IMG/VR virus record: IMGVR_UViG_3300022916_000005
Length of the DNA: 64,000 nucleotides
Strand: one strand, 5' to 3'
Source: a virus
Positions within the stretch are counted from its first letter, which is position 1, and the number at the start of each line of letters is the position of its first letter. Below the pieces are notes generated by a model. That model was not told the DNA's origin. It searched no databases and worked only from the letters and a program-made list of their open reading frames with translations. Position numbers and translations under genes: made by a program. Positions 40,567-51,166 of this stretch are shown here, in pieces.

Positions 40567-41783
40567 ATGAAATCTGCAGGAAATGTCAAGGCTGGCGATA
40601 TTATTGTCTGGAAAAGTGGTAATAATATCGCCAACTCTGTGGTAATTAAAGTTGAACTAGACCGTTTTGCATTAAGTGAAGTTATAGAAATCAAAAACTA
40701 TGGAGAGAAGCGAAGTGGATTTTTAAATAAAGAGAAAACAAAAATTAGTATAAAAACTTTGAAGACTACAAAAGACTAAAGTGGAACGACTATGCCTCCA
40801 ATTTTTGGCAAGTTATTGACGTATATGGACCCAAAGAATAATGAATAAAAGAGTTAGACAATTGGTTCATGACATAAAGTCTCTTAAAGTTGGAGATGTC
40901 GTTATCTACAGGAGAGGTTCAGATAGGTGTATTGGGTATACAATTATAACAGAAGTTGGAGAACTTATTCGTTGGAAGACCAACATTATATCGAATAGAA
41001 ACGACTTCTTCCTTGGAAAAGGTTGTGAAGAAAAGTATCGTTTGATCAGTTATGCCAAAAGACAAAACAGTTCTACTCCTGGATTAGTTTGGGATCCTAT
41101 TTATGTGATTAAAGTTGATGAAGATGTTTGATGTCAAAAACTTAAATGTAGGAGACATCCTCGTTTGGAAAACCATAGGTGGAAAAGTTACTTACACCAC
41201 AATTTTAGGCATGTACGGAGAAGACCTCTCCAAAAAATATGTAGCTAGGAGTTTTTTAATTAATGTTGGCATGTTCGATGAAGTGGATAAGATATTCTCC
41301 ATAATAAACTTAGAAGAGTGGCAAGAAAAAAGAGTAGACTTGGAAGATTATTGGCAGTTAGTTGACATTATCACTTCGGAGAAGAAGCAATGAATCAAAC
41401 ATTACGACAATTTGCAATCGTGAACCTATCCCTCATCTTGTCAAAGCTTTCGGTTGCAGAAGAAAAGGCATCAGCCCCAACAACCGAATTGTCAGGATCT
41501 GTTGAACAACCGGCACAACAGACAGAACCTCCAAAGAAGAGTAATCCTATCGGGTTTTGCAGGTAAAACCATGAATCATCGAGATATTATGTTAAAGGTA
41601 GGAGATATTATTTGCTTCCATGTCGAAAGTTTCGACACTAAAGAACAAGAGACATATGAAACATATATTGTCATCTTTGCAGATGAAAAAAAGGTCAAGA
41701 CAAGGTGTGTGCAAACTGAGAAAATTGACATAGATAGTCAAGGTCTTCACGAGGGTGAAATTTTAATTAAAATTGCTCATTGA
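40567..41783 (+). other. Cluster of small KVGD-family ORFs (40567-40779, 40841-41131, 41124-41393, 41571-41783)
   Basis: KAGDII / KVGDVV / NVGDIL / KVGDII. Confidence 0.55.
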
Positions 41784-41851
41784 CAATCGGTCTCTGCCAT
41801 GGTATGATGTTCTTGATTGGTAAGGGAAATAAACAATAAGGACATCAAAAA

Positions 41852-42259
41852 ATGAAGATAAAGCATCTTTCCAATAAGCAGAGAGCATACATAGAGCTTT
41901 GTAAGCGGGTTGCACTACAGAGTGATCATCCATTTCAGAAGCACGGAGCAGCACTCGTCAAGGGAGGAAAAGTAATTAACACTTCCTTTAATCGAAATCA
42001 GTTCAACAAGTTTGCACAGAGGTTTTGGTACAAAGATAATGGACATGGGACAATCCATGCAGAGATTGGAGCAATCTTGAATGTTGATCGTTCCATCACA
42101 GAAGGGGCAACCATCTATGTTGTAAGAATTGGTAGAGCAGATGGGATTATGAAAAACAGTAAGCCATGCGATATGTGTGCTGCCGTAATGAAGTTTGCAG
42201 GGATCAAGAGAGTTATTTATTCCTACAAGGATGGTGTGTTTTGTCAGAACAAGATCTAA
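41852..42259 (+). CDS. Zn-dependent cytidine/dCMP-deaminase-fold protein
   Basis: HGAALV, HAE, SKPCDMC motifs. Confidence 0.85.
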   Translation: MKIKHLSNKQRAYIELCKRVALQSDHPFQKHGAALVKGGKVINTSFNRNQFNKFAQRFWYKDNGHGTIHAEIGAILNVDRSITEGATIYVVRIGRADGIMKNSKPCDMCAAVMKFAGIKRVIYSYKDGVFCQNKI

Positions 42260-43180
42260 AATTCAAAGTAGGAGATATCATATGGGACATTGACATAAAA
42301 TGTTATGGGTATATCTTCAAAATTGACAGTGACAAGGAATACAGAAGATTTCCTCTCTATTGTTGTCGTTATTTCCCTAAGATTAGACATTCCAATTTCT
42401 CTCATACCTCCATCAGAGAGAAAGAATCAATTCTCATTTCAAGGTTGAATTGACATGGATGATATGAAGTTCAAAGTAGGAGATTTAATATGGAATGACA
42501 ATCATGAATGTTATTGTTACATCCTCGATATTGATTCAGTAAGATTTCGCTTTGTCTATTATCACAATACTCTTTTCACTAAAACAGGAAATGTCGATAA
42601 TTATTTCTCAAAAGGCTCTCCAACAGAAAAAGAAAGCTTTCTTATTTCAAGGTTGAATCGATATGAATGATTTGAAGTTCAAAATAGGAGACATTATATG
42701 CGATTCTTATGATGGTTCTCTATATTATATTCGAGGATTTACCCCGCGTGCTGGCAGTGGGTCTGGGGAATATAATATTGTCTTCATTGTTTCAAATTCG
42801 ATTGGTATGGTTAATTCGTGTAATTATGATCATCTTGTAGTTGGAGGAACAGCATATGAAGAGTCATTTTTGGTCTTAAGGATTGGCAAGTAATGCGTTG
42901 CGAAGAACTAAAACTACACGACTTTGTCATATCAACAGATAATAAAGGAGAATTTAATGAAGAAAGTCATTATGAGATAGTTGTGATGGTTTCGACTGAC
43001 GGGACACACATCTCTCACGATGGCAAGGTAAAAAATTACGCTCAAAATAAAATAAAAAACTATTGCTATGTGACATTTTATAGGTTCTCTGATAAAAGAT
43101 ACTATCTTGATGTTTACAAAGAAGAAAGTAGGAACAAAGAGAATCAAGATATGTATATTTTAATTTCGAGAGCACAATAG
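42226..43180 (+). other. Tandem small paralogs ending in ES.LISR (to 42453, 42455-42670, 42663-42893, 42893-43180)
   Basis: LKFK(V/I)GD(I/L)I starts. Confidence 0.55.
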
Positions 43181-43265
43181 AAACATCTTGACAACCTGTT
43201 CAAGATGGGTTATGATACTATATACAAATGGTGCGATACAAAACAACGTGAGGAGAATCACAACA

Positions 43266-43529
43266 ATGGCGAGTAACAAGAAGACCAATCCAAATCAGAT
43301 CACTGTACGCAACTTCGAGAAGGACAGTAGGCACGACACCTATGACAAGGCAGAACTTCGTCTTGTCGAACTAAAGACGAAGAGTCCCTTCGCTAATGTC
43401 AAGATTCGACGACGTACAGATGGATATCGAGTAATGGTGCAGAACGGAAAAAAGAACATCCCAGCACCAAAGGAACGGTTCAACATCCTTCCAGACGTTC
43501 CAACACTTGAAGAGATCCTTAATACATGA
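43266..43529 (+). CDS. Hypothetical basic protein
   Basis: Promoter at 43188-43216; GAGGAG RBS. Confidence 0.55.
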   Translation: MASNKKTNPNQITVRNFEKDSRHDTYDKAELRLVELKTKSPFANVKIRRRTDGYRVMVQNGKKNIPAPKERFNILPDVPTLEEILNT

Positions 43530-43712
43530 TGTTCCCGACATCAAACAGAGAAAGGAAGCAAAAAGCAGAACAAAAAATTGATGATGAGTTATATCGAGGA
43601 TTTGATTTACATTCATTATTGGTAGAAGCTTATCAAAGAATCGAAATTCTTGAAAGAAAAAATAAATCATTAATGAGTTCGTCAGATCACCTTGTAGACC
43701 AAATTAGTTAAG

Positions 43713-43952
43713 ATGACAATACAAAAACTAGGATATAACTTAAAAGTTGGTTCTGTAATTTACTATTATGACGAAAGTAATTACAGAACCAATTCTCAAT
43801 ATGGGGTAGTTATCAAAGCTTTTGAAGTATCTGATCTTTATTCCAATTGTGTGATTGTATCGTGGGAAAAAGGCGCTCAATACAAATATACTGTAAGGGA
43901 TTTGAATAGATTTTTCCTAGAAGATAAATCCTTTATAATTATCATTTCTTGA
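43713..43952 (+). CDS. Small KVGD-family hypothetical protein
   Basis: LKVGSVI..YGVVI..W. Confidence 0.55.
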   Translation: MTIQKLGYNLKVGSVIYYYDESNYRTNSQYGVVIKAFEVSDLYSNCVIVSWEKGAQYKYTVRDLNRFFLEDKSFIIIIS

Positions 43953-44019
43953 CATCCTTTTCTCTTGACAATCCATACCTTCCATGTTACAATATCTCAT
44001 AACCAATCAAGGAACTGCC

Positions 44020-44757
44020 ATGCTTATCCATTATATGAGCGATCTACATTTCGAGCACATGACGGGTGAACAGACAATCCAGTTTATCAAGTATCTTCCG
44101 TATGGCGAAACTGTTGTAATTGCTGGAGATATCTGTGCAGAGCATGATAGGTTGCCAATGTGTATTACTGGCATCGCGACACACTTTGAGAACACCATCT
44201 TCGTTCTTGGTAATCATGAATATTACAGCATCGATAAGCCTTTGTTGTATTCGATTGCCAATAAAATTGACAAAATTGATGGCATTCATTGGTTGCAGAA
44301 GTATCGACCAGTCACTATCAATGGTGTAACTTTTATTGGTGATACCATGTGGTTTTCTGACGATCCGTTGAACTCTATTTATCGTGGATGGATGAATGAT
44401 TTTAAGTATATTCCCAAATTCACCAGTTGGGTATATGACGAGAATGCAAACACAATCGACAGAATCAAGCAACTATCAAACAATGAGACGATTGTTGTTT
44501 CTCACCATGCCCCTTCGACACTGAGCATCTCCGAGAATTATAAGACATCGAATCTTAATAGGTATTACTACACAGATATGACAGGCTTGATGTTGAGCGA
44601 TAATGCTCCAAAGTTGTGGATTCATGGACACATGCACGATCCTATTGATTACAAAATTGGAGGAACACGAGTAGTTGCCAATCCTTTTGGATACATTCAT
44701 CACGCAGAAACTGGCAGCTTTGATGGGAATCGATATTGTGATACGAATCAAGTTTAA
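44020..44757 (+). CDS. Calcineurin-like metallophosphoesterase
   Basis: SDLH, AGD, GNHE, SHHAP, HGHMH, NPFGY. Confidence 0.9.
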   Translation: MLIHYMSDLHFEHMTGEQTIQFIKYLPYGETVVIAGDICAEHDRLPMCITGIATHFENTIFVLGNHEYYSIDKPLLYSIANKIDKIDGIHWLQKYRPVTINGVTFIGDTMWFSDDPLNSIYRGWMNDFKYIPKFTSWVYDENANTIDRIKQLSNNETIVVSHHAPSTLSISENYKTSNLNRYYYTDMTGLMLSDNAPKLWIHGHMHDPIDYKIGGTRVVANPFGYIHHAETGSFDGNRYCDTNQV

Positions 44758-45164
44758 GGTAGGCGATCTGATCAGGTTCGGCTTTGCCAATAATATTGAT
44801 ATATTATATTATGCCATTATTGTTAGAGTTGATAAACATAGAAAAATGTATCGAGTTAGGTTTTTTGGGAATAGAAGAGGTGAGCCCAAAGAAAGAGATA
44901 TTTATGTAGGATTAAAAATCACAAAGCTTAATTGGGGACTTTAGATATGACTCCTAAATTACTTAAAGTGGGAGATGTTGTCAGATCTCTGTACAAACAC
45001 GGTCTTGATAAAGTTAAGATTGGAACCATCATTAAAGCATCATTAATAGAGAGTTTAAGCTCTAATTACAACCTTTATTGGGTAGTCTATCCTAATCAAA
45101 ACCAAGAACTTATCAACACTATTGGTTGGAATATTGAACTCGTTTATTCCAAGGACGACAACGA

Positions 45165-45533
45165 ATGATCTACCTACATCAAGTAATGCCATATGTCCGA
45201 GGAGCACAAAAGAAAAAAAAGCCCTTTATCACAATTGAAGGACATCAAGTATCTACAGCAACGCTACCATTAAGGTTGTTTGTCAAGAAGGGAACAACTT
45301 GTTATGAATGTGGAGCACAAGGGACACATTTTGAATTAGTTAAGAGTAATCCAACACAAGAGAAGATCGTGTATTCTGTCAAGCTTATAATCAATTCGAC
45401 AGAAAAGAAAGATATCTTTATGACAGTTGATCATATTAGACCAAAGAGCAAGGGTGGAAAGAACGGAATGTATAATCTTCAGCCAATGTGTAACATCTGC
45501 AATCTAAGAAAAGGTAATTCAAGATGTCACTAA
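45165..45533 (+). CDS. HNH endonuclease-domain protein
   Basis: CYECG, MTVDHIRPKSKGG, NLQPMC..CN..K. Confidence 0.85.
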   Translation: MIYLHQVMPYVRGAQKKKKPFITIEGHQVSTATLPLRLFVKKGTTCYECGAQGTHFELVKSNPTQEKIVYSVKLIINSTEKKDIFMTVDHIRPKSKGGKNGMYNLQPMCNICNLRKGNSRCH

Positions 45534-45560
45534 AGGTCGAAGTTTTAATAAGGGAAAACA

Positions 45561-45758
45561 ATGAACTTTAAAGTAGGAACAATATTTCTCTATACAACTA
45601 TTGGGAAGAAATATAACGGATTGGCCTTGATCGAAGAGAAGTGTGATAAAAATTGCATCGTTAGGATTCGGTGGAAAGAGGACAATAATCTATACAATTA
45701 TAGTTTTGAGTATTTTCAAAGAATTATTGATAACGGTACGATCAGAATCGTTGTTTAA
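45561..45758 (+). CDS. Small KVGD-family hypothetical protein
   Basis: FKVGTIF. Confidence 0.55.
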   Translation: MNFKVGTIFLYTTIGKKYNGLALIEEKCDKNCIVRIRWKEDNNLYNYSFEYFQRIIDNGTIRIVV

Positions 45759-45826
45759 TTTTTCCCTTGACTGCCACGCCATCTTGTGGTATCATATACT
45801 TACAAATCGACAGGAGAAAATACAAC

Positions 45827-46474
45827 ATGGGAAAGGGATTAGTTTTTTTAGGATCATTATTTTTGATATTTATGTGTCTTGGAGGATTTTCAAAAAATAA
45901 ACATGTTAGTAATATTAAATTGGTACAAACAAATAAAAAGATTGTAGCGACAAAGGTTAAAAAAGAATGTAATGGATATAAAAATGATGGAACTTATTTG
46001 GCAATATCAAATACGAATTCCAATTTTGCAGATTGGCAAAAGGAAAATTCAATCTTACAGTCAGGGAAGTGGATTGTGAACAAAGGAGATCATTGCTATA
46101 TGAGTTCTGCGGGAGAAGACGACCATAATATTAATTTAACAAGCGTATCTGTTCGAAAAGATAAAATCACATTATATTTGTCAAAGCATAACGTAGTTGA
46201 ACAATTTCATTTGTCAGTAGATGATGGGGATTATGGTAAACAGTTTTCAAAAGAAGATTTGGTTAAGATTAAAGAAGACGACAAATATGGAAACTATACC
46301 CTTCCCAACGATCTACTTCCTTTCCTAAAGTCTGGGTCTAAATTGCAAATAACAGTGATGGTAATGTATCATTATCCTTTGTGTGCCTATGAAACACACA
46401 ACTACGAATTGGACTTGAAGGGATTTACCAGAGCATTTAAAGCATTGTCCTCTTCAAAATGTCTGTCACATTGA
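45827..46474 (+). CDS. Secreted or membrane-anchored hypothetical protein
   Basis: N-terminal signal-like hydrophobic stretch; promoter at 45767. Confidence 0.6.
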   Translation: MGKGLVFLGSLFLIFMCLGGFSKNKHVSNIKLVQTNKKIVATKVKKECNGYKNDGTYLAISNTNSNFADWQKENSILQSGKWIVNKGDHCYMSSAGEDDHNINLTSVSVRKDKITLYLSKHNVVEQFHLSVDDGDYGKQFSKEDLVKIKEDDKYGNYTLPNDLLPFLKSGSKLQITVMVMYHYPLCAYETHNYELDLKGFTRAFKALSSSKCLSH

Positions 46475-46536
46475 AATTATTTTACTGGAAAAGTTCAAGT
46501 TGATGGACTTTTTCTTATCTCGGTACTATTTACTAT

Positions 46537-47538
46537 ATGAAGAAAATAAACTATTGCCCATTTTGTAATCAAGAAATGCAGATGCCAAAAGATTCTCGTC
46601 ATCATTTCTATTGCAAATCAAAACCAAAAGAGATAACAGAATCCAAAGAAGTTAGATACTCATTTTTGACACACAACTTTCCAGAACTTGACGAAGAAAC
46701 TGTCAAAAGGTTGTACCTTGAGGAGTTTTATTCATTACCAGATTTCAAGAGAGAACACGGAATTGGGTATACTCAAACCAAGTTTCTTTTGGAGTATTAT
46801 GACATCAAAACGAGGAACATCTCTCAATCAACCCTTCTCGACAAAACGAGAAATAAATATAAAGCAACATGTCTGAAGAACTTTGGAGCAGAGCACAATC
46901 TTGCCAAAGGAACTGAAGGGTACGAGAAGAGGAACAGAACAGTAAGAGAAAGATATGGTGTCGATAATATTTTCCAGACGGAGAAGGTAAAGAAACAAAT
47001 TGCAGATGATTCTTTATGGATTGAAAAGTACGGACATACACTAAGAGAGCACAGAGGATTAAAATCAAAAGAAGTGTGGACAGCATTAAATGACGAACAA
47101 AAGACGAAATGGTTAGATAATAGTATTAGATCTGATTCTTGTCGAACCAATTGTAAAGGACCACATTCTAAATTAGAAACAAGAGTAGCTCAAGTTCTCG
47201 ATTCACAATCAATTCAGTATGAACGTAACTTTGTCATTAAATACAACAAAGGAAAGAATCATTATCACTATGATTTCATGATCAAATCTCTTAACGTGAT
47301 TATCGAAGTTAATGGAGATTTCTGGCACGCTAACTCAAAGAAATACAACAAAGAACAAGAAGTCAATTACCCAGCAGGATTCGTTAAAGCAAGGGATATT
47401 TGGAAGAAGGATTTCAAGAAGACAAAGAAAGCAGTAAACAATGGGCACAAGATCGTTTTCATTTGGGAAGATGAAATGAAATATATGAGCGAAGATCAGT
47501 TAAGGAGCCTGTTGTTTGAAAGGTTGGGAATCTCTTGA
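46537..47538 (+). CDS. Putative homing endonuclease with a Vsr/DUF559-like PD-(D/E)xK domain
   Basis: RYGV-type repeats, SKLE, YDF, IIEVNGDFWH, IWEDE. Confidence 0.75.
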   Translation: MKKINYCPFCNQEMQMPKDSRHHFYCKSKPKEITESKEVRYSFLTHNFPELDEETVKRLYLEEFYSLPDFKREHGIGYTQTKFLLEYYDIKTRNISQSTLLDKTRNKYKATCLKNFGAEHNLAKGTEGYEKRNRTVRERYGVDNIFQTEKVKKQIADDSLWIEKYGHTLREHRGLKSKEVWTALNDEQKTKWLDNSIRSDSCRTNCKGPHSKLETRVAQVLDSQSIQYERNFVIKYNKGKNHYHYDFMIKSLNVIIEVNGDFWHANSKKYNKEQEVNYPAGFVKARDIWKKDFKKTKKAVNNGHKIVFIWEDEMKYMSEDQLRSLLFERLGIS

Positions 47539-47605
47539 AACTTCCCCCTTGACAAGGCAATATGTTCGTGATAGAATGTAATTACAAATCGACAGGAGTT
47601 ACAAC

Positions 47606-48511
47606 ATGGGATACATGCATATTGACAATCTTGAGAAGCCGAGGGCACAAAGGATTTTAGACTTTAAAGAGGTTTACGTAGTTGAGAAAATTCACGGCAC
47701 GAGTTCAAATTTATCCTTTAAAATCAATGAGTTAGGAGAAGAAGAATTGAGGTTCTTTTCTGGAGGGATGAGTCATCAACTCTTCATTAACATTTTTGAT
47801 CAGGATGCTCTTCTTGCCAATTTCCGCAATCTTGGTGTGCAAGCGATTACCATCTATGGCGAAGCGTATGGCGGAAGTATGCAAAAGATGTCGCATTCAT
47901 ATGGCAAGGAGGCCAAGTTCATTGCATTTGATGTCAAAATTGTTGATCATTGGCTCGATTTCGACAAGGCCCATAAACTAGTGACAGACGACATGAATCT
48001 TGAATTCGTATGGTTTACCAAGTCGAGTACAGACATTGAAGAGTTGATCAAGTGGCGTAATCAGGAATGTCAGCAGGCAATCCGTAATGGTATGGGTCAC
48101 GGGCATAAGAGTGAAGGGATCGTAATTCGACCATTGTGGGAATGTGCTACCAACAATGGAAAGCGAATGCTTGTCAAGTTCAAGAATGCCGATTTCCAAG
48201 AAAGAAAGAACCCTCCATCGGTTGAGGATATGCTCAAGAAAGAAGAGAAGCTCAAAGTTCTTGCAGATGCGAGAAAGATTGCAGATGAGTGGGTAACAGA
48301 AATGAGGCTCACTCACGTACTTGACAAGATTGTGGGTGAAATTGATATGACTCGTACTGGCGAAATTATCAAGGCAATGCAAGAAGATGTTCTCCGAGAG
48401 GCAGAGGGAGAAATTATTGTATCAAAGAATACGTTAGGGCAGATTGCCGCAACAACGGCAAAGATGCTCAAGCGTCGATTGAATGACAATTTGATGAATA
48501 AAGAAAGATAA
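47606..48511 (+). CDS. RNA ligase, Rnl2-like nucleotidyltransferase family
   Basis: EKIHGT motif I, IYGE, FIAFDV, EGIVIRP, K.KN. Confidence 0.8.
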   Translation: MGYMHIDNLEKPRAQRILDFKEVYVVEKIHGTSSNLSFKINELGEEELRFFSGGMSHQLFINIFDQDALLANFRNLGVQAITIYGEAYGGSMQKMSHSYGKEAKFIAFDVKIVDHWLDFDKAHKLVTDDMNLEFVWFTKSSTDIEELIKWRNQECQQAIRNGMGHGHKSEGIVIRPLWECATNNGKRMLVKFKNADFQERKNPPSVEDMLKKEEKLKVLADARKIADEWVTEMRLTHVLDKIVGEIDMTRTGEIIKAMQEDVLREAEGEIIVSKNTLGQIAATTAKMLKRRLNDNLMNKER

Positions 48512-48897
48512 TGATCAAGCCATATCAAATTTGGGTAGATGGCACCGTTATTTACGATGACGATTATGATACTCCAAAGCCTGACGGATGTGCCATTAGT
48601 ATCCCAGACAAGACAATTAAATGGTATCAAAATGGCAAACTTCACCGCATTGACGGCCCTGCCATCGAATATGCCGATGGTGGCAAATCTTGGTATCAAA
48701 ATGGCAAACATCACCGCATTGACGGCCCTGCCATTGAATATGTCAATGGTGACAAATGTTGGTATCAAAATGGCAAGTGTCACCGCATTGGCGGCCCTGC
48801 TCTTGAATATATTGATAGTTACAAATTTTGGTATATTGATGGTATCAAATATTCCGAGCAAGACTATAGTATTGAAATTGCTAGGAGAAGTAAATGA
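48511..48897 (+). CDS. MORN-like HRxDGPA repeat protein, class I (3 repeats)
   Basis: Repeats and N-cap; TAATG overlap with the ligase. Confidence 0.85.
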   Translation: MIKPYQIWVDGTVIYDDDYDTPKPDGCAISIPDKTIKWYQNGKLHRIDGPAIEYADGGKSWYQNGKHHRIDGPAIEYVNGDKCWYQNGKCHRIGGPALEYIDSYKFWYIDGIKYSEQDYSIEIARRSK

Positions 48898-49178
48898 AAA
48901 AGAGAACTAAAACAATATTGGGAACATTGAGCACAATTGGAAGTTTTATCTTCTTAGTTTGGTTTATCGGAACATGCAACAGGTCATGTGAACGATATGC
49001 AGAATATCAGAGGTGCGAAATTTCTGTAGTCTCGGAATTCTGTAAAACACAAGGATATTTGACAGGGAACGGAGATATTTATCGTGAGCAATTCCAATGT
49101 GTAAATAAAGATGGAACTATAAGTAAAAATCTGTCTGCAAAAGTTCTTGTTAATCTTAAATCTCGATGTCCTAGATAA
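48894..49178 (+). CDS. Membrane-anchored Cys-rich hypothetical protein
   Basis: N-terminal TM. Confidence 0.55.
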   Translation: MKKRTKTILGTLSTIGSFIFLVWFIGTCNRSCERYAEYQRCEISVVSEFCKTQGYLTGNGDIYREQFQCVNKDGTISKNLSAKVLVNLKSRCPR

Positions 49179-49187
49179 AATAACTAT

Positions 49188-49261
49188 TCTCCGATAACTT
49201 AGTTGGTCAAAGTATTCTCCTTATAAGAGAAAAATCGTCGGTTCGATCCCGACTCGGAGAA
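49188..49261 (+). tRNA. tRNA-Ile(TAT)
   Basis: TCTCCGA/TCGGAGA acceptor, TTCTC-CTTATAA-GAGAA, GTCGG-TTCGATC-CCGAC, A73. Confidence 0.85.
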
Positions 49262-49620
49262 CCTTTCCACCTTGACAACTCGTTTCCCTCGTGATATCAT
49301 GTACTTGTGAATGGGAACCTCCATCATCGAGAACGATATGTACAATGAACTAGAAAAAATAAAAAGTTACAAAAGAATGTTGTTCTTTGATACCCACTCA
49401 GAACAGTACTTTGTTGTAAAAGATGTTGTTTTGTTCCCTAAATTGTATTGTCGAAATGTGTCATGCAGAGACAACAAGAACGAGAATTGTCATTCTTGGA
49501 ATTCAAGTGGAATCAGGATGTTCTGCTTTTACAAAAATAACTCAGCTAGTACAACTTGCATTTCGTCAACAAGTTTCTTAAACAAAGTTGAAATTGGAGA
49601 ATACGATGTCATCTCAAGAA

Positions 49621-50085
49621 ATGAATAATCATGTCAAAAAGCTGTATCTAGAGATTCAACAGGCAGAGGAAATGAAGAAACTTCTTAACGTTATTTCTGG
49701 AGGGATTTCTTATCAAAATGGATATCACCAAGACCAATCGGAAGAGACAACTCGTGCCTTCTCTGTTTTGAGCGCAGAACTTAACAAAAAGCAGAATCGT
49801 TTATGGGCGTATCTTGCTCAAGTTTCCTTTGTTAGTGGAGAACTCGAAAAAGAAACAAGAGATAAGGTGACAGAGAAGTTTGTCAAAATTGCTTTAAAGA
49901 CAGGGACAGACATCCCAGGTTATCTCGGATATGACAGATATAACAAAGATGGCAAATTGTTTCGTAAAGAAGTAAACGACAAGTTTGAAGAATTTGTTGA
50001 AGAAAACGATATTCAAGAAGAGGAAGAGGATTCTAATTCCTATAGAGTTTGGCAAGATTTGGATGATGAAGAGAAAAAAGAATGA
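49621..50085 (+). CDS. Hypothetical protein
   Basis: ORF; start uncertain (49588-49621). Confidence 0.55.
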   Translation: MNNHVKKLYLEIQQAEEMKKLLNVISGGISYQNGYHQDQSEETTRAFSVLSAELNKKQNRLWAYLAQVSFVSGELEKETRDKVTEKFVKIALKTGTDIPGYLGYDRYNKDGKLFRKEVNDKFEEFVEENDIQEEEEDSNSYRVWQDLDDEEKKE

Positions 50086-50545
50086 AATATCCAATAGGAA
50101 CAATCTTTTACTACAACAATAATGGAGTTTCTGACTATTGCTATGCGGTGAGTTATAACTCCTTTACACTTTCATATAAAATAAAGTGGAATAAGATACT
50201 TTGTGGGGCATATTTTGATTATAGTGAGACATCTATCACTGGAGGAATTAAGAGGAAATGTTGGGAGATAATCATATGAAAGTAAATATTATCGGAATGA
50301 TCTTGTATGATCCTAACTTTAAGGGTGGGGAGTTTGGAGTAGTTATAGAAGGAAGTCGCGATATGGAAGGAGAGGTTTCGATTCTTTGGCAAAAATATGG
50401 CAATCAATCTGGAGTTTCAAGATCGGGCATTATTGACTCTATTGCTGATAAAGGTTTTATTATTATTTCTCCGTTAAGTGAAAAGGAAAAAGAAAGTATC
50501 CATCTAGAGATTTATGAAACAACAGACCTTTCGGAGCACCTTTAG
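50082..50545 (+). other. Two small KVGD-family ORFs (50082-50279, 50276-50545)
   Basis: MKYPIGTIF; IIGMILYD..EFGVV. Confidence 0.55.
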
Positions 50546-50620
50546 CCAATCTTTTTCCTTGACTGCCACGTCATCCTGTGGTATCATGTATCTAGAAACG
50601 GTCGAAAGAGTGGAGAGAAA

Positions 50621-51016
50621 ATGAAGCGTCAATACAAAAGATTAAGCCTTAAAGAACATTTTTGTCTTGGACACTTTTATTATGTTGAGGAACTTCTTGA
50701 TGAAGGAAGCATCAAACCTTGTACTCCTATCTTTAATAAAAATGGATGGTTTTACGATAGGTTTGAAGATGTTTCTTGGATTGAATTTGATGGGAAAGCC
50801 TATGTTGACGAAAATTCTGATCGTTTTAAAAGGAAGGTCTACTCTTTTAAACTTCTTCGCAAGTGCGAACTAGATTCGATTAAGGTCTTGGTTGATAATA
50901 AGATTCTCAAGAATGAGAATCCTTTATGGAAGTGTTATTGCGATAACCATGAGTACCTTTACCACAGAAGTCTAATGGTAGAGACGAGGATTTCTGTCAA
51001 TAGGATGAGAAAGTAA
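50621..51016 (+). CDS. Hypothetical protein
   Basis: Behind the promoter cassette at 50559. Confidence 0.55.
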   Translation: MKRQYKRLSLKEHFCLGHFYYVEELLDEGSIKPCTPIFNKNGWFYDRFEDVSWIEFDGKAYVDENSDRFKRKVYSFKLLRKCELDSIKVLVDNKILKNENPLWKCYCDNHEYLYHRSLMVETRISVNRMRK

Positions 51017-51166
51017 ATGAAAAGGTTATGAGATGAAGCGCCAAAAGAACGACAAGAGAAAGAGTAAGCGTAAAAAGAAAAAGATAGACAAAGCCTTTGA
51101 AGATTGTAGGAAAAGAGAAGAAGGGCAAGACGCTCAGTGGAGAGAATTGAGGAAGTGGGGAGAAAA

